Shown: positions 29,331-43,054, counted from the first letter of the stretch. The stretch: 64,000 nt of DNA from Macrostomum lignano (GCA_002269645.1 NIVC01001475.1:218488-282487), one strand, 5' to 3'. Translations and numbers: made by a program. Notes: generated by a model not told the origin, from the sequence alone.

Positions 29331-32300
29331 ATGCTAGGCTTAGATTTTGTCGATTTTGTGCAGAAATGGCAGATTTCGAATTACGTAAGCGTTGAAGATT
29401 TCGCGGACAAGTTTAATTCGCTGTTCAGCACCCTGCTGCTGATCCTGTGCGCGCTGGTCATCTCCGCTAAGCAGTACGTCATGCAAGCCCTCAGCTGCAA
29501 CTGTCCCAAAACTAATGCCGGAAAAACTATTGAGTACGTTGAGAACTTCTGCTGGGTCACCGGGACTTACGCGATTGGCGAGCACGAGGAACTGCCAGTA
29601 AAGGAAGCTGGTTGGAAGCTGTTCGAGTCCAGGCGGATCAGTGAGGAGTTCTTATATTTTTTTGCGCGTTTCTTTCAAAAATATTAGCATGAGAAACATG
29701 AGAGCAAGTCTCGGTAGAGCATGAGAAACGTCAGAGTAAGTCTCGATAGAGTATGAGAAACGTCAGAGCAAGTCTCGGTAGAGCATGAGAAATATGAGAG
29801 CAAGTCTCGGTAGAGCATGAGAAATATGAGAGCAAGTCTCGATAGAGCATGAGAAATATGAGAGCAAGTCTCGATAGAGCATGAGAAACGTAAGAGCAAG
29901 TCTCGATAGAGCATGAGAAACATGAGAGAAAGTCTCGATAGAGCATGAGAAACATGAGAGAAAGTCTCGATAGAGCATGAGAAACATGAGAGAAAGTCTC
30001 GATAGAGCATGATAAACGTGAGAGAAAGTCTCGATAGAGCATGAGAAACGTGGGAGCGTACACAACCGCCCCGAGCAAGACACTGCTCAGATTCTACTCA
30101 GCAAGTATTTTAACAAAAATGTAACAAAGACACAATCACACGCCAAATAAAACATTTCAGATTACTACCAATGGGTGCCGTTCATGCTAGGCCTACAATG
30201 TGTCATGTTCTATCTGCCGCATCTAATCTGGGTTGCTATGGTAACAAATCGACTTGGTTCAGACGCACAATACCTAGTAACGGAAGCCGCTTCGGTTGCT
30301 AAGGAAACCAGCATTGATCGCCGCGATCAGGTGTTGAATCACCTGGCTAATTCGGTGCTGCACATGCAGACCGTACACCGGGAGTACAGCGATGGCCGAT
30401 TGGCCAAATTCCGTAGCAAGCTGGTCCGCCTAGCCGGAGTCTGCTTTCCCAGCAAGCGACTTGGCACGGCGCTAGTGTTTGCCTACCTGCTTGTCAAGCT
30501 GCTGTACCTGGCTAACTGCTTCGGTCAGCTGTTCCTAATGCACAGCTTCCTCGGCCTTGGCGGGCATCATTTGGCGGTTACTAACCGTACCGCTGGAAGC
30601 TTGAATACCGCTGCCCGTCCCGGCTTGCTCGCCGAGATGCTGGGCTGGGACCTGGTGGCTGCCGTAGCCAGCGGGCGCGACTGGCACTCTGGCATGTTCC
30701 CGAGGTCCACCCTGTGCCGAGTCAGACTGCTCAGCGTCGGTCACGAGGTTCTGGTGTGCCAGTGCGCACTGCCGGTCAATATGCTCAATGAAAAGGTAGA
30801 GCAAGGGGGATTGTGGAGTGGATGTTTTTACATTGAGCCCTTCTAGAGACCCTGACACTCTTTAGGAAGACCCTGACACTCTTCAGGAGACCCTGACACT
30901 CTTTAGGGAGACCCTGACACTCTTCTAGAGACCCTGACACTCTTCAGGAGACCCTGACACTCTTCAGGGGACCCTGACAGTCTTCAAAAGACCCTGACAC
31001 CCTTCTAGAGACCCTGACACTCTTCAGGAGACCCTGACAGTCTTCAAGAGACCCTGACACCATTCTAGAGACCCTGACACTCTTTAGAAAGACCCTGATA
31101 CTCTTCAGAAGACCCTGACACTCTTCTAGAGACCCTGACACTCTTCAAGAGACCCTGACACTCTTCAGGAGACCCTGACAATCTTCTAGAGACCCTGACA
31201 CTCTTCAAGAGACCCTGACACTCTTCAGGGGACCCTGACACTCTTCAGGAGACCCTGACACTCTTCAGGGGATCCTGACAGTCTTCAAGAGACCCTGACA
31301 CTCTTCAGGAGACCTTGACACTCTTCTAGAGACCCTGACACACTAGACAGCCTGACACCCTAGAGAGCCCGACAGCCTAGAGACCCTGACACCCTAAAGA
31401 CCCTGACACGCTTAGGGACCAAAAAAGACCTACAAGAGTTCCTGACACATTTCTGACTGAATTTGAGCATGAATAAGCACACAGCAACCCTGCAGAACTT
31501 ATATAAATTAATCAATCAATTAAAACAAACTAAATTGTTATGGAACAAAATGGGCAAAAGCTAGTGTCTCAATAGGTTATTAATCCGTCATATATTCAAG
31601 TCCGAAAGCATTTGAAACTGCACTACATCAGTTCAATGCTTTAGTGCGAATGTTATTTTTAATTCAAAAACTGGATCCCCAGTTCTTTCTTTTGTTTAAG
31701 TTTGCTATCTCAGCAAACCACCAAATGAAAGCTGAAACTGTGCGAAATTATGCTGACTCGACAAAATTCTAGCAAAGTTTTTTGCAAGTAGCTCGCTACC
31801 AAAACATTTCTCATTTCTGCAACAGGGGTCTGATTACTGGTTTGCTATCCAGTTTTTGCGTCTGCTTTTGTCGCTCAAGAAAAGAATCCGAACATTTTTC
31901 TTTGCGTGGAGCTCGGAATTGACTTGGAATGCAGCAGTGTGAAAGTTTTACATCCAAAACGGCAGAGTGAGAGATAGAGGGAGAGACAGAGGGAGAGACA
32001 GAGGGAGAGACAGAGGGAGAGACAGAGGGAGAGACAGAGGGAGAGACAGAGGGAGAGACAGAGGGAGAGACAATGAGAGACAGAGTGAGAGACAGGCAGA
32101 GAGACAGAGGGAGAGAGGGGGATCGAGACAGAGGGAGAGACAGAAGGGAGAGAGGGATCGAGACAGAGGGAAAGACAAAGGGAGAGAGGAATCGAGACAG
32201 AGGGAGAGACAGAGGGAGAGACAGAGGGAGAGACAGAGGGAGAAACAGAGGGAGAAACAGAGGGAGAGACAGAGGGAGAGACAGAGGGAGAGACAGAGGA

Positions 32301-35300
32301 AGAGACAGAGGGAGAGACAGAGGTAGAGACAGAGGGAGAAACAGAGGGAGAGACAGAGGGAGAGAGAAGGGAGAGAGGGATCGAGACAGAGGGAGAGACA
32401 GAAGGGAGAGAGGGATCGAGACAGAGGGAGAGACAGAGGGAGAGACAAAGGGAGAGACAGAGGGACAGACAGAGGGAGAGACAGAGGGAGAAACAGAGGG
32501 AGAGAGAGGGAGAGACAGAGGGAGAGACCGAAGGGAGAGAGGGATCGAGACAGAGGGAGAGACAGAAGGGAGAGAGGGATCGAGACAGAGGGAGAGACAG
32601 AGGGAGAGACAGAGGGAGAAACAGAGGGAGAGAGAGGGAGAGACAGAGGGAGAGACAGAGGGAGAGACAGAGGGAGAGACAGAGGGAGAGACAGAGGGAG
32701 AGACAGAGGGAGAAACAGAGGGAGAGACAAAAGGAGAGACAGAGGGAGAGACAGAGGGAGAGACAGAGGGAGAGACAGAGGGAGAAACAGAGGGAGAGAG
32801 AGGGAGAGACAGAGGGAGAGACAGAGGGACAGACAGAGGGACAGACAGGGAGAGACAGAGGTAGAGACAGAGGGAGAGACAAAAGGAGAGACAGAGGGAG
32901 AGACAGAGGTAGAGACAGAGGGAGAGACAAAAGGAGAGACAGAGGGAGAGACAGAGGTAGAGACAGAGGGAGAGAGGGATCGAGACAGAGGGAAAGACAA
33001 AGGGAGAGAGGAATCGAGACAGAGGGAGAGACAGAGGGAGAGACAGAGGGAGAGACAGAGGGAGAAACAGAGGGAGAAACAGAGGGAGAGACAGAGGGAG
33101 AGACAGAGGGAGAGACAGAGGAAGAGACAGAGGGAGAGACAGAGGTAGAGACAGAGGGAGAAACAAAGGGAGAGAGAGAGGGAGAAACAGAGGGAGAGAC
33201 AGAGGGAGAGACCGAAGGGAGAGAGGGATCGAGACAGAGGGAGAGACAGAAGGGAGAGAGGGATCGAGACAGAGGGAGAGACAGAGGGAGAGACAAAGGG
33301 AGAGACAGAGGGACAGACAGAGGGAGAGACAGAGGGAGAAACAGAGGGAGAGAGAGGGAGAGACAGAGGGAGAGACCGAAGGGAGAGAGGGATCGAGACA
33401 GAGGGAGAGACAGAAGGGAGAGAGGGATCGAGACAGAGGGAGAGACAGAGGGAGAGACAGAGGGAGAAACAGAGGGAGAGAGAGGGAGAGACAGAGGGAG
33501 AGACAGAGGGAGAGACAGAGGGAGAGACAGAGGGAGAGACAGAGGGAGAAACAGAGGGAGAGACAAAAGGAGAGACAGAGGGAGAGACAGAGGGAGAGAC
33601 AGAGGGAGAGACAGAGGGAGAGACAGAGGGAGAAACAGAGGGAGAGAGAGGGAGAGACAGAGGGAGAGACAGAGGGACAGACAGAGGGACAGACAGGGAG
33701 AGACAGAGGTAGAGACAGAGGGAGAGACAAAAGGAGAGACAGAGGGAGAGACAGAGGTAGAGACAGAGGGAGAGACAAAAGGAGAGACAGAGGGAGAGAC
33801 AGAGGTAGAGACAGAGGGAGAGACAGAGGGAGAGACAGAGGGAGAGACAGAGGGAGAAACAGAGGGAGAGAGAGAGAGACAGAGGGAGAGACAGAGGGAG
33901 AGACAGAGGGACAGACAGGGAGAGACAGAGGGAGAGACAGAGGGAGAGGGAGAGGGAGAGACAGAGGGAGAGACAGAGGGAGAGACAGAGGGAGAGACAG
34001 AGGGAGAGACAGAGGGAGAGACAGAGGGAGAGACAGAGGGAGAGACAGAGGGAGAGACAGAGGGAGAGAGAGGGAGAGACAGAGGGAGGGACAGAGGGAG
34101 AGACAGAGGGAGAGACAGAGGGAGAGACAGAGGGAGAGACAGAGGGAGAGACAGAGGGAGAGACAGAGGGAGAGAGAGGGAGAGACAGAGGGAGAGACAG
34201 AGGGAGAGACAGAGGGACAGACAGGGAGAGACAGAGGGAGAGACAGAGGGAGAGACAGAGGGAGAGACAGAGGGACAGACAGGGAGAGACAGAGGGAGAG
34301 ACAGAGGGAGAAACAGAGGGAGAGAGAGGGAGAGACAGAGGGAGAGACAGAGGGACAGACAGAGGGACAGACAGGGAGAGACAGAGGTAGAGACAGAGGG
34401 AGAGACAAAAGGAGAGACAGAGGGAGAGACAGAGGGAGAGACAGAGGGAGAGACAGAGGGAGAGACAGAGGGAGAAACAGAGGGAGAGAGAGGGAGAGAC
34501 AGAGGGAGAGACAGAGGGACAGACAGAGGGACAGACAGGGAGAGACAGAGGTAGAGACAGAGGGAGAGACAAAAGGAGAGACAGAGGGAGAGACAGAGGT
34601 AGAGACAGAGGGAGAGACAAAAGGAGAGACAGAGGGAGAGACAGAGGGAGAAACAGAGGGAGAGAGAGGGAGAGACAGAGGGAGAGACAGAGGGAGAGAC
34701 AGAGGGACAGACAGGGAGAGACAGAGGGAGAGACAGAGGGAGAGGGAGAGGGAGAGACAGAGGGAGAGACAGATGGAGACAGAGTGAGTTGCAGAATAGC
34801 AGAAGCAGGTAGCGGGAATCATGCTCAGAGGCCATCAACCCCAAGCCAGATGACAAACGCCGCCCCCGCAGGTGTACATGATGCTGTGGCTGTGGACCCT
34901 GGCGGCAGCCTTCATCACGGTGCTCTCCGTGCCAGTCTGGTTTGCCAGAGTCGGCCTCCGAGTCAGCAGAATTCGCTTCATCCGACGCCAGCTGCTGCTG
35001 TCCCAGACTCCAATAATGACTGGCCATGAATATCGGTCAGCCAGCACTGGCAAACCCAGATTAGTCGCAGATAAGTGCAACTTTGCCAAGATGGCCAAAG
35101 ACATGGTGGACAACCTGCTGCACGCTGACGGCGTGTTCCTGTTCAAGATGATGCAGCTGAATGCAGGCGACGTCGCCGCGGGCCAAGTGCTCCGTCGGCT
35201 GTACGAGAACTGGAAGCAGCAGCTGGCCGACACGCCGGCAGAGAAGTTGACGATAAGCGAGCCTGGCCAGGAGAAACCGCCGAAAACTTCGGAGAAGAAC

Positions 35301-35315
35301 TTAGTAGTAGTGTGA
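29331..35315 (+). CDS. inx: Innexin (gap-junction protein), 462 aa
   Basis: join(29331..29640,30161..30795,34872..35315). Motifs: VEDFADK, KQYV..SC.CP, YVENFCWV.GTY, NYYQWVPFML..Q..MFYLPHLIW, FPRSTLC, CALPVNMLNEKVY.MLWLW. Confidence 0.95.
29686..30052. repeat. 32-bp minisatellite, innexin intron 1
   Basis: GAGCATGAGAAACATGAGAGAAAGTCTCGATA units. Confidence 0.93.
30843..31420. repeat. 20-bp minisatellite, innexin intron 2
   Basis: GAGACCCTGACACTCTTCAG units. Confidence 0.93.
31971..34785. repeat. 2.8-kb purine-rich 12-bp satellite, innexin intron 2
   Basis: (GAGGGAGAGACA)n with higher-order block duplications. Confidence 0.96.
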
Positions 35316-35510
35316 ACTTGTTGACGTTAGCAACGGGTCCAAAGTATTTTTTAAGTTTACTTTGGATACAGTGGTTGAGACCAAAAACTGAATGTTGAAG
35401 ACTTTAAAAAACCACCAGTTGAAAGTTGCTAAAATAAGTTTTTGTTTTGTCCAGTATCCAAGGTAAATCGACCGTTGCTATGGCCAGGTTATGATCAAGT
35501 GGCTTATAGA

Positions 35511-36066
35511 GGAGAGTTATGATCATTCGGCTCATTGGGGAGAGGTTAATGATCATTAGGCTCATTGGGGAGAGGGTTCTGATCATTAGGGTCATTGGGG
35601 AGAGGGTTATGATCATTTAGCTCATTGGGGAGAGGGTTATGATCATTTAGCTCATTAGGGAGAGGTTAATGATCATTAGAGTCATTGGGGAGAGGGTTAT
35701 GATCATTTAGCTCATTGGGGAGAGGGTTATGATCATTCGGCTCATTGGGGAGAGACTTATGATCATTCGGCTCATTGGGGAGAGGGTTCTGATCATTAGG
35801 GTCATTGGGGAGAGGGTTCTGATCATTAGGGTCATTAGAGAGGAGGTTATGATCATTCGGCTCATTGGGGAGAGACTTATGATCATTCGGCTCATTGGGG
35901 AGAGGGTTCTGATCATTAGGGTCATTGGGGAGAGGGTTCTGATCATTAGGGTCATTAGAGAGGAGGTTATGATCATTCGGCTCATTGGGGAGAGACTTAT
36001 GATCATTCGGCTCATTGGGGAGAGGGTTCTGATCATTAGGGTCATTGGGGAGGAGGTTATGATCTT
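35511..36066. repeat. 30-bp minisatellite
   Basis: GATCATT(C/A)GGCTCATTGGGGAGAGGGTTAT units. Confidence 0.94.
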
Positions 36067-36816
36067 GTGACTTATTGAGGAGAAAGTTATGATCAGTTTG
36101 GTTAATAGGGAGGGCTATGAACTTTTTTGGTTTAGTTAGAGGCAAATTTTCATGTAATTCAGCCTCTCAGCAATCGCAAACAATATGCTTTTATCAGCAG
36201 TAGCTTTCAAACTTAATTTCCTACAGTTTTTCACTGCAGGTGCATCAGCAACAGCAATATTTTATGCACTGGGATTATGCACCACCCTTGGCCAAAATTC
36301 ACTCTGTTTAAGTTTTTAAAAAAACTGTTTCAGCACTGCAACTACAGTAATAATCGCTAAATTTGATATAATTAAGTGTGCCAGCTGTGCTACCAGTCAA
36401 AAAGTGCTAATTACATGTATGCCTGTATGATTTCCAAAAGTTGATTAGCAAACAATATTTCTTTGCAATTTAAATATCAATTTAATAAATATACTTTCAA
36501 TTTATTGTAATTAACAGGTATTCAAAGTGGCACTCTAGCAAACAGTCTGTGTCAAATTATATCCCAAGCTGATATGCTACAAGCGATTTTAAATTTTAAT
36601 AAATTTTATTCTAGTTGAAAATTGACCAACAAGACTTCCATATCAAAGGGTGAAATTTATTTAATTATAAGCTCGAATAAACAAATCAGTTTGATAAAAC
36701 AACGATGCACGCGAAATTTGCGTTGCAATAGAAAAATATTAGTATTCATTCATGATTTGAGGACTAATAAATAAAAAATAGTGAACATTCAACGCAGGTG
36801 AAGATGCAGGTGAGGG

Positions 36817-37660
36817 CAGTGTTGGGCACCGTTAATGAAAATCTTAACTTCCGTTAATGGCAAAAGCGTTAGCGTTAAAACAAAAAAATCTTGACTTTTT
36901 AACTCTTAATTTCGTTAAAGTTAACTGAAAATTAACCGATAATCGTTAATAAGCGTTAATCCGTTAAAGTAAACTCACAAAATAGATAAATCTCGCACTT
37001 TTTTCCAAAACAGACTTCATAACACACTGTGTTTGCTTTTCCATCTTTTTAGCAGAACACAGAGGTCATCTAAGCGATTTACAAGCTAAAAAGTAATAAA
37101 TAATGATTTAAAAAACTTTTACGCATATATTACTACTAAAAGTAAACATACGGTAAAAAAGTAACTTATTTATTTGAAACTTTAAAGTCAATTAGTTAAT
37201 AATAAAATGCGAATAGGAAGATTGCTTCAAATAGCATTAGCAGGCGCAGCAGAAAGTTACGAAAGAAGTGAATCAAAGCGATCGATGCTCACGTGAGAGC
37301 AATAAATTTCACAATTTTAATTCTTTATTAAGGTTCATAAGTAAGAAGTTGTTACATTTGCATGATCATCGTTATAAACAGAGATGAATAAGGCATTTAG
37401 GTAAATTCAAAAACATTCGTAATGTTGTAACTTCTCGTCAGACTTATATTTTTGTTTTTTCTTTGCGTCTTTGGTCATTGACATTGCCATTAACGTTAAC
37501 GATGAATTCGTCGTTAACTCACAAAATAATTAACGTAAATTTGTTAATCCGTTAGTTAAAAAAATTTAACGGCAGTCCGTAAACGTTAATTAAAAATCTT
37601 AACGCTTATTAACGTTTATTAACGGATTAACGCTTATTAACGGACTGGTGCCCAACACTG
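36817..37660. mobile_element. hAT-family MITE (844 bp)
   Basis: TIRs are CAGTGTTGGGCAC and GTGCCCAACACTG. 8-bp flanks GGTGAGGG/GGTGAGGC match 7/8 as a TSD. Subterminal CGTTAA/TTAACG motifs are clustered. Confidence 0.85.
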
Positions 37661-37769
37661 GGTGAGGCACTGCTAGTTAAATACTCAATTTAGTAGTCAC
37701 TAACGGTGCATTCTGGTGTTTTAATGAAAAAAGTCAAAATTCTTGTAACAGTTTGACGAAATAAAACTA

Positions 37770-38480
37770 ATAGAGAAGAGTGGGGAAGAGATGAGAGTAC
37801 AATGGGGAGAGAGATGAAAGCACCAGGAGGTAGGAGAGAGATGAGAGCAGGAGGAAGAGATTAGAGAACAAGGAAAAGAGGTGAGAACACTGAGAACACA
37901 AGGAAAAGAGATGAGAGCACAATGAGGAAAGAGATGAGAGCAGGAGGAAGAGATTAGATCACGAGGAAGAGATGAGAGCACAAGGAAAAGAGATGAGAGC
38001 ACAAGGAAAAGAGATGGGAGCACAAGGAAAAGAGATGAGAGCACAAGGAAAAGAGATGAGAGCACAAGGAAAAGAGATGAGAGCACAAGGAAAAGAGATG
38101 AGAGCACAAGGAAAAGAGATGAGAGAACAAGGAAAAGAGATGAGAGCACAAGGAAAAGAGATGAGAGCACAAGGAAAAGAGATGAGAGCACAAGGAAAAG
38201 AGATGAGAGCACAAGGAAAAGAGATGAGAGCACAAGGAAAAGAGGTGAGAACACAAGGAAAAGAGATGAGAGCACAAGGAAAAGAGGTAAGAACACAAGG
38301 AAAAGAGATGAGAGAACAAGGAAAAGAGGTGAGAACACTGAGAACACAAGGAAAAGAGATGAGAGCACAAGGAAAAGAGATGAGAGCACAAGGAAAAGAG
38401 ATGAGAACACAAGGAAAAGAGGTGAGAACACAAGGAAAAGAGGTAGAGTACAAAGAAAAGAGATAAGAGTACACAAGAAA
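37770..38480. repeat. 21-bp minisatellite
   Basis: GAGATGAGAGCACAAGGAAAA units. Confidence 0.95.
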
Positions 38481-38757
38481 GTCAGATACAGCGAGTACAA
38501 CGAATAGATAAATAGAGCTAACTAAAAAAAGTCAAGAAATGAAATATTCTAATAAAATATGCAAACCACGAAGGCTAAACGGAGCATTTACAGCATAAAT
38601 GTTCGTTATTCAGATGGCAAAGCGAAACCTTTAATTCAGAAGACTGATAGTAGTGTGAATTAATAAATCATGGCTAAGATTAAGAAGGTCAAGGCGCAAA
38701 AAATTTTAATGGCTAAAAATATTTGCATTAGGCAAGACAGTACTACAAGTCAAGAGT

Positions 38758-40822
38758 TCATGAATACTTGGTGTACTGCAGAGGCTCGATCTCTTGAGCT
38801 AAAAACTCGTGAACTTTTGGCCAGATCTCGTTTGAGTAGCTGCCAGTAAATTGCACTAGAAGGCCGCGCTGTCTGAAATATTCTAGCACGGGTTCAGTCA
38901 AGTCTTTGTAGTGCGACAGGCGCTCCAGTACCACAGACTCTTTGTCGTCTTCGCGTTGGATTAACGGCTCGCCAGTGACGTCATCGAAGCCCTTTGGATA
39001 GAGGGGGGTGAGTGTACATTGGGGTTTGGCGTAGAGGATAGAGAGCAAGTGTACATTGGGGTTTGGCGTAGAGGATAGAGGGGCGAGTGTACATTGGGTG
39101 TGGCATAGAGGATAGAGGGGCGAGTGTACATTGGGTGTGGCATAGAGGATAGAAGAGCGAGTGTACATTGGGGTGTGGCATAGAGGATAGAAGAGCGAGT
39201 GTACATTGGGGTGTGGCATAGAGGATAGAGGGGCGAGTGTACATTGGGGTTTAGCAGAGATTCAGAGAATAGAGAAGCAACTGCGAATAGGGTTTTGGCC
39301 ACAGATACTATAATTTGGTTTTGGCCCAAGATAGAGCCTGGGTGAACATTAAGTTTAAAATAAGTTAGTAATGAGAACAAGTACATATTCTGGAATTCTG
39401 GAACATTTTCAAGCATATTTATAACGCACCTCCCGCACAGGCTTATTAAACTCTGTGTGATAAGTCCTCCCACTTCCCGGATGAATCCACCGGCCTTTAA
39501 TACGTTCAACAATGACGTTAAACGGCACGTCAAGATTCATAACTCGATCAATTTGCACGCGTGAGCAAAGATTTTCAGCCTGCGGCAGTGTGCGCGGAAA
39601 GCCGTCTAATAGTAAGTGAGAATTTGCGGCAGCTTTGGATTGCTCTTCAATGATGAGCTCAAGTACCAGACTGTCTGGCACTAGTTCGCCGCGGTTCATG
39701 TACTTGCCAACTTCTAGACCGAGCTCTTGAAATGAGATTGGCGCGAAAGAAAATAATAGATATGGATACTATTCGGAGCGTGGACGTGTAATTATGTATG
39801 TACATGTAAGATACTAAACAAGAGATATTAGATAAGATAAAAAAGATCTCATAGAGGGGCGAGTGTACATTAAGGTTTGGCGCAGAGGATAGAGGGGATA
39901 GAGGGGCGAGTGTACATTGGGGTTTGGCGTAGAGGATAGAGGGGATAGAGGGACGAGTGTACATTGGGGTTTGGCGTAGAGGATAGAGGAGGGGATAAAG
40001 GGACGAGTGTACATTGAGGTTTGGCGTAGAGGATAGAGGGGATAGAGGGGCGAGTGTACATTGGGGTTTGGCGTAGAGGATAGAGGGGATAGAGGGGCGA
40101 GTGTACATTGGGGTTTGGCGTAGAGGATAGAGGGGATAGAGGGACGAGTGTACATTGGGGTTTGGCGTAGAGGATAGAGGAGGGGATAAAGGGACGAGTG
40201 TACATTGAGGTTTGGCGTAGAGGATAGAGGGGATAGAGGGCGAGTGTACATTGGGGTTTGGCGTAGAGGATAGAGGGGATAGAGGGGCGAGTGTACATTG
40301 GGGTTTGGCGTAGAGGATAGAGGGGATAGAGGGACGAGTGTACATTGGGGTTTGGCGTAGAGGATAGAGGAGGGGATAAAGGGACGAGTGTACATTGGGG
40401 TTTGGCGTAGAGGATAGAGGGGATAGAGGGACGAGTGTACATTGGGGTTTGGCGTAGAGGATAGAGGGGATAGAGGGGCGAGCGTACATTGGGGTTTGGC
40501 GTAGAGGATAGAGGGGATAGAGGGGCGAGTGTACATTGGGGTTTGGCGCAGAGGATAGAGGGGATAGAGGGGCGAGTGTACATTGGGGGTTGGCGTAGAC
40601 GATAGAGGGTCGATTTTAAATTCAGGTTTAGTCACATTTTTTCAGAGAAAAAAAATTACTAAATTTCTTACTAGACTTGATGGCCATGTGATGCCTCAGC
40701 AAGTCGCCGCTAGCCAGACTCTTGATGGGGAAGTCGCGAACGATTCGTTCCGCTATAGTGCCCTTGCCTCCGCCGGGCGGACCCATGATTATGAAGCGCA
40801 TGAAGCGGCTGGCTGATGCCAT
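38758..40822 (-). CDS. AK3: GTP:AMP phosphotransferase / adenylate kinase 3 (AK3/AK4 group), 226 aa
   Basis: complement(join(38758..38991,39430..39725,40672..40822)). Motifs: P-loop IMGPPGGGKGT, SGDLLR, GELVPD, LLDGFPRTLPQAE, LID GRWIHPGSGRTYHTEFN, DDVTGEPLIQREDD. Confidence 0.93.
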
Positions 40823-41642
40823 GAAGATCAAATTAGGATCTTGTAATTGCGCATGAAAACACATGTACATAGAGTGATGGGACAGAAGCAGTAGTAGGAC
40901 TACTAAAACATAGGAAGATTATAATGTAATCCTAATGTAATAAGTCAATCTATGACGAAAATGAGAGAAAAAATCCATTGTTACTGCAAAAGATCATATC
41001 AAATCACTATAGTGAAAAATATGCCCATCACAAAATCAATGCATATTTGGTCTATTTTTAGTGAATCTTTCAGTTAATTGACTGACAGAATGACTGACTG
41101 GCGTACATTTGGAATCAACTGCAAACAAGGCACAGCAGAAAATTCATTGAAAATGTGACAAAATTAAAATCCTCGATATAAAAGTAAAATATACATAGTC
41201 AGCAAAAATATTTACTTCTTATGTTTTGTATGGGTAATTTTGAAAATGAGAAAATATCTTAATTGATATGCATACATATGGAGACACTAAGTGATATAAA
41301 ACAAATCTACGAGTTAAAAAATTTGCGTGGCTGGAGCGGAGAAGCGACGGGGGTTTGGCCAGAGCCGGGTACATTGAGAGGGGCTGAGCGGAGAAGCGAC
41401 GGGGGTTTGGCCAGAGCCAAGTGTACATTGAGAGGGACTTGGCGAAGAAGCGACGGGGGTTTGGCCAGAGCCGGTGTACATTGAGAGGGGCTGAGCGGAG
41501 AAGCGACGGGGGTTTGGCCAGAGCCAAGTGTACATTGAGGGACTTGGCGAAGAAGCGACGGGGGTTTGGCCATAGCCGGGTGCACATTGAGGGGCTGAGC
41601 GGAGAAGCGATGGGGGTTTGGCCAGAGCCGGTGTACATTGAG
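39000..41642. repeat. Three related GTGTACATT-core minisatellites (39000-39255, 39850-40610, 41327-41642)
   Basis: Units of ~37, ~47 and ~53 bp, all containing GTGTACATTG and GGGTTTGGC. Confidence 0.9.
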
Positions 41643-42372
41643 AGAGTCTGAGTGAAGAGGGTTTAGCTGTTTGAAATCCAAGCGTTTCGATTTGAAAAAT
41701 AGAACAGGACATTTCTCCGCGTTGCAATCTGAGCGGCTGAGCCCATTTATTATTGATTTTTTCGGTTTGTTGAAGTACTTTCAAAAGAAACCGTCGAGCG
41801 TTAAAATCAATTAGTGGATAAAAACTGATAGAAAGCAACACAAATATGTAGATAAATTATTTCCTTAGACGAGCGAGTATATATTTATTAATAGTAATGT
41901 ACACAAATCATTTACTTAACTACTGGCAACATGAATAATTTTAAATAATAAACTGGAGCTCCATTAGAAGTTAATAAAGTTGCTTAATAGTAAATAAGTT
42001 TCTTAGTAAGAACCACATATGCGAGCTATCATAATTACTCGGTTGGGCAATAAAAACATTTTTCGTGTAAGCTTATCTCATTTAAGTTAGTGAATTAAAT
42101 AGAATACTTATCTATTGGCCCTCAAATCCTCCCCAGATGAACCACCAACCGCGTCTTTCCGCACAAAATGTCTAACCCCACTGCCACTACCCCTCCAAAC
42201 ATTTTTATTGCCTTCCTGTACTTCTGCAGCATATGTACATTATAACTGCACCAATAACAAAGCATTTTGATTGCTAACACGAATTCTAGATCTAAACAGA
42301 CTTGGCAAAGCCAATTGAAAGTAGAGAAGTTGTTATGCCAAAGTGGCCCAACAAGTTATTATAGTTTTTTCG

Positions 42373-42451
42373 CAAGGGCGGATCAAGGATCTTTCTCGAG
42401 GGGGGGGGGGTCAACTGACCCCTTGGCATCACCCCCCCTGGATCCGCCAGT
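42373..42451. mobile_element. Tiny GGCGGATC..GATCCGCC foldback (DNA transposon relic)
   Basis: ggcggatcaagg ... cctggatccgcc with internal G and C runs. Confidence 0.45.
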
Positions 42452-42492
42452 ATCTCCGATACAATATACATAAAAACACATAAAAAGCTGCT

Positions 42493-42977
42493 TTAATAAT
42501 TGTCATATTCATCCGCATCTACGTCATCACCCTCAGCCTCTTCTTCTTCATCATCCTCATTCTCAGCCTCATCAGCAGCATCGGCCGCGTCCCTATCAAC
42601 AAAGAAATGATCGAACTGGAACTGCCGTCTCTGTATGTCGTGCTCCAGGTGGACTCGATCGCCTTCGAAATCCGACCGGCTGGCCACGTGATCGGCCAGC
42701 CGCTTGACGAATTCGTCACCTTGGCCGGGAATGTCCAGCCCTGTGATACTGTTGAACAGCTGCTCCGGCTCTGGCACGTCCGGGACGCCTTTACGGCTGA
42801 AGAATGAGCAGGCGGTGCGGCAGTCGCGCAGCAGGAAGTCCAACGCTCTGGGGTGCTCGTGATCCACAGCCTGCGGGGTGGGAAGCGGGTTTATGAAATA
42901 AGATTCATAGTTTAGTGCCCCTCAGATGCACATATTATAATAAGAGAGGATAATCCAGGACAGACAGACACACAGGC

Positions 42978-43018
<41 letters not shown>

Positions 43019-43019
43019 C

Positions 43020-43054
<35 letters not shown>

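Noticed and set aside
31811-35027. ORFs of about 1000 aa (SLPL/SVSP-rich)
   Set aside because: These are translations of the (GAGGGAGAGACA)n satellite in innexin intron 2.
35666-38500. Repeat-derived ORFs of 110-260 aa
   Set aside because: These are translations of the 30-bp and 21-bp minisatellites.
40823-42492. RIOK3-AK3 polycistron or trans-splicing
   Set aside because: The genes are on the same strand and 1.7 kb apart, but the sequence alone gives no evidence. It needs spliced-leader read data.
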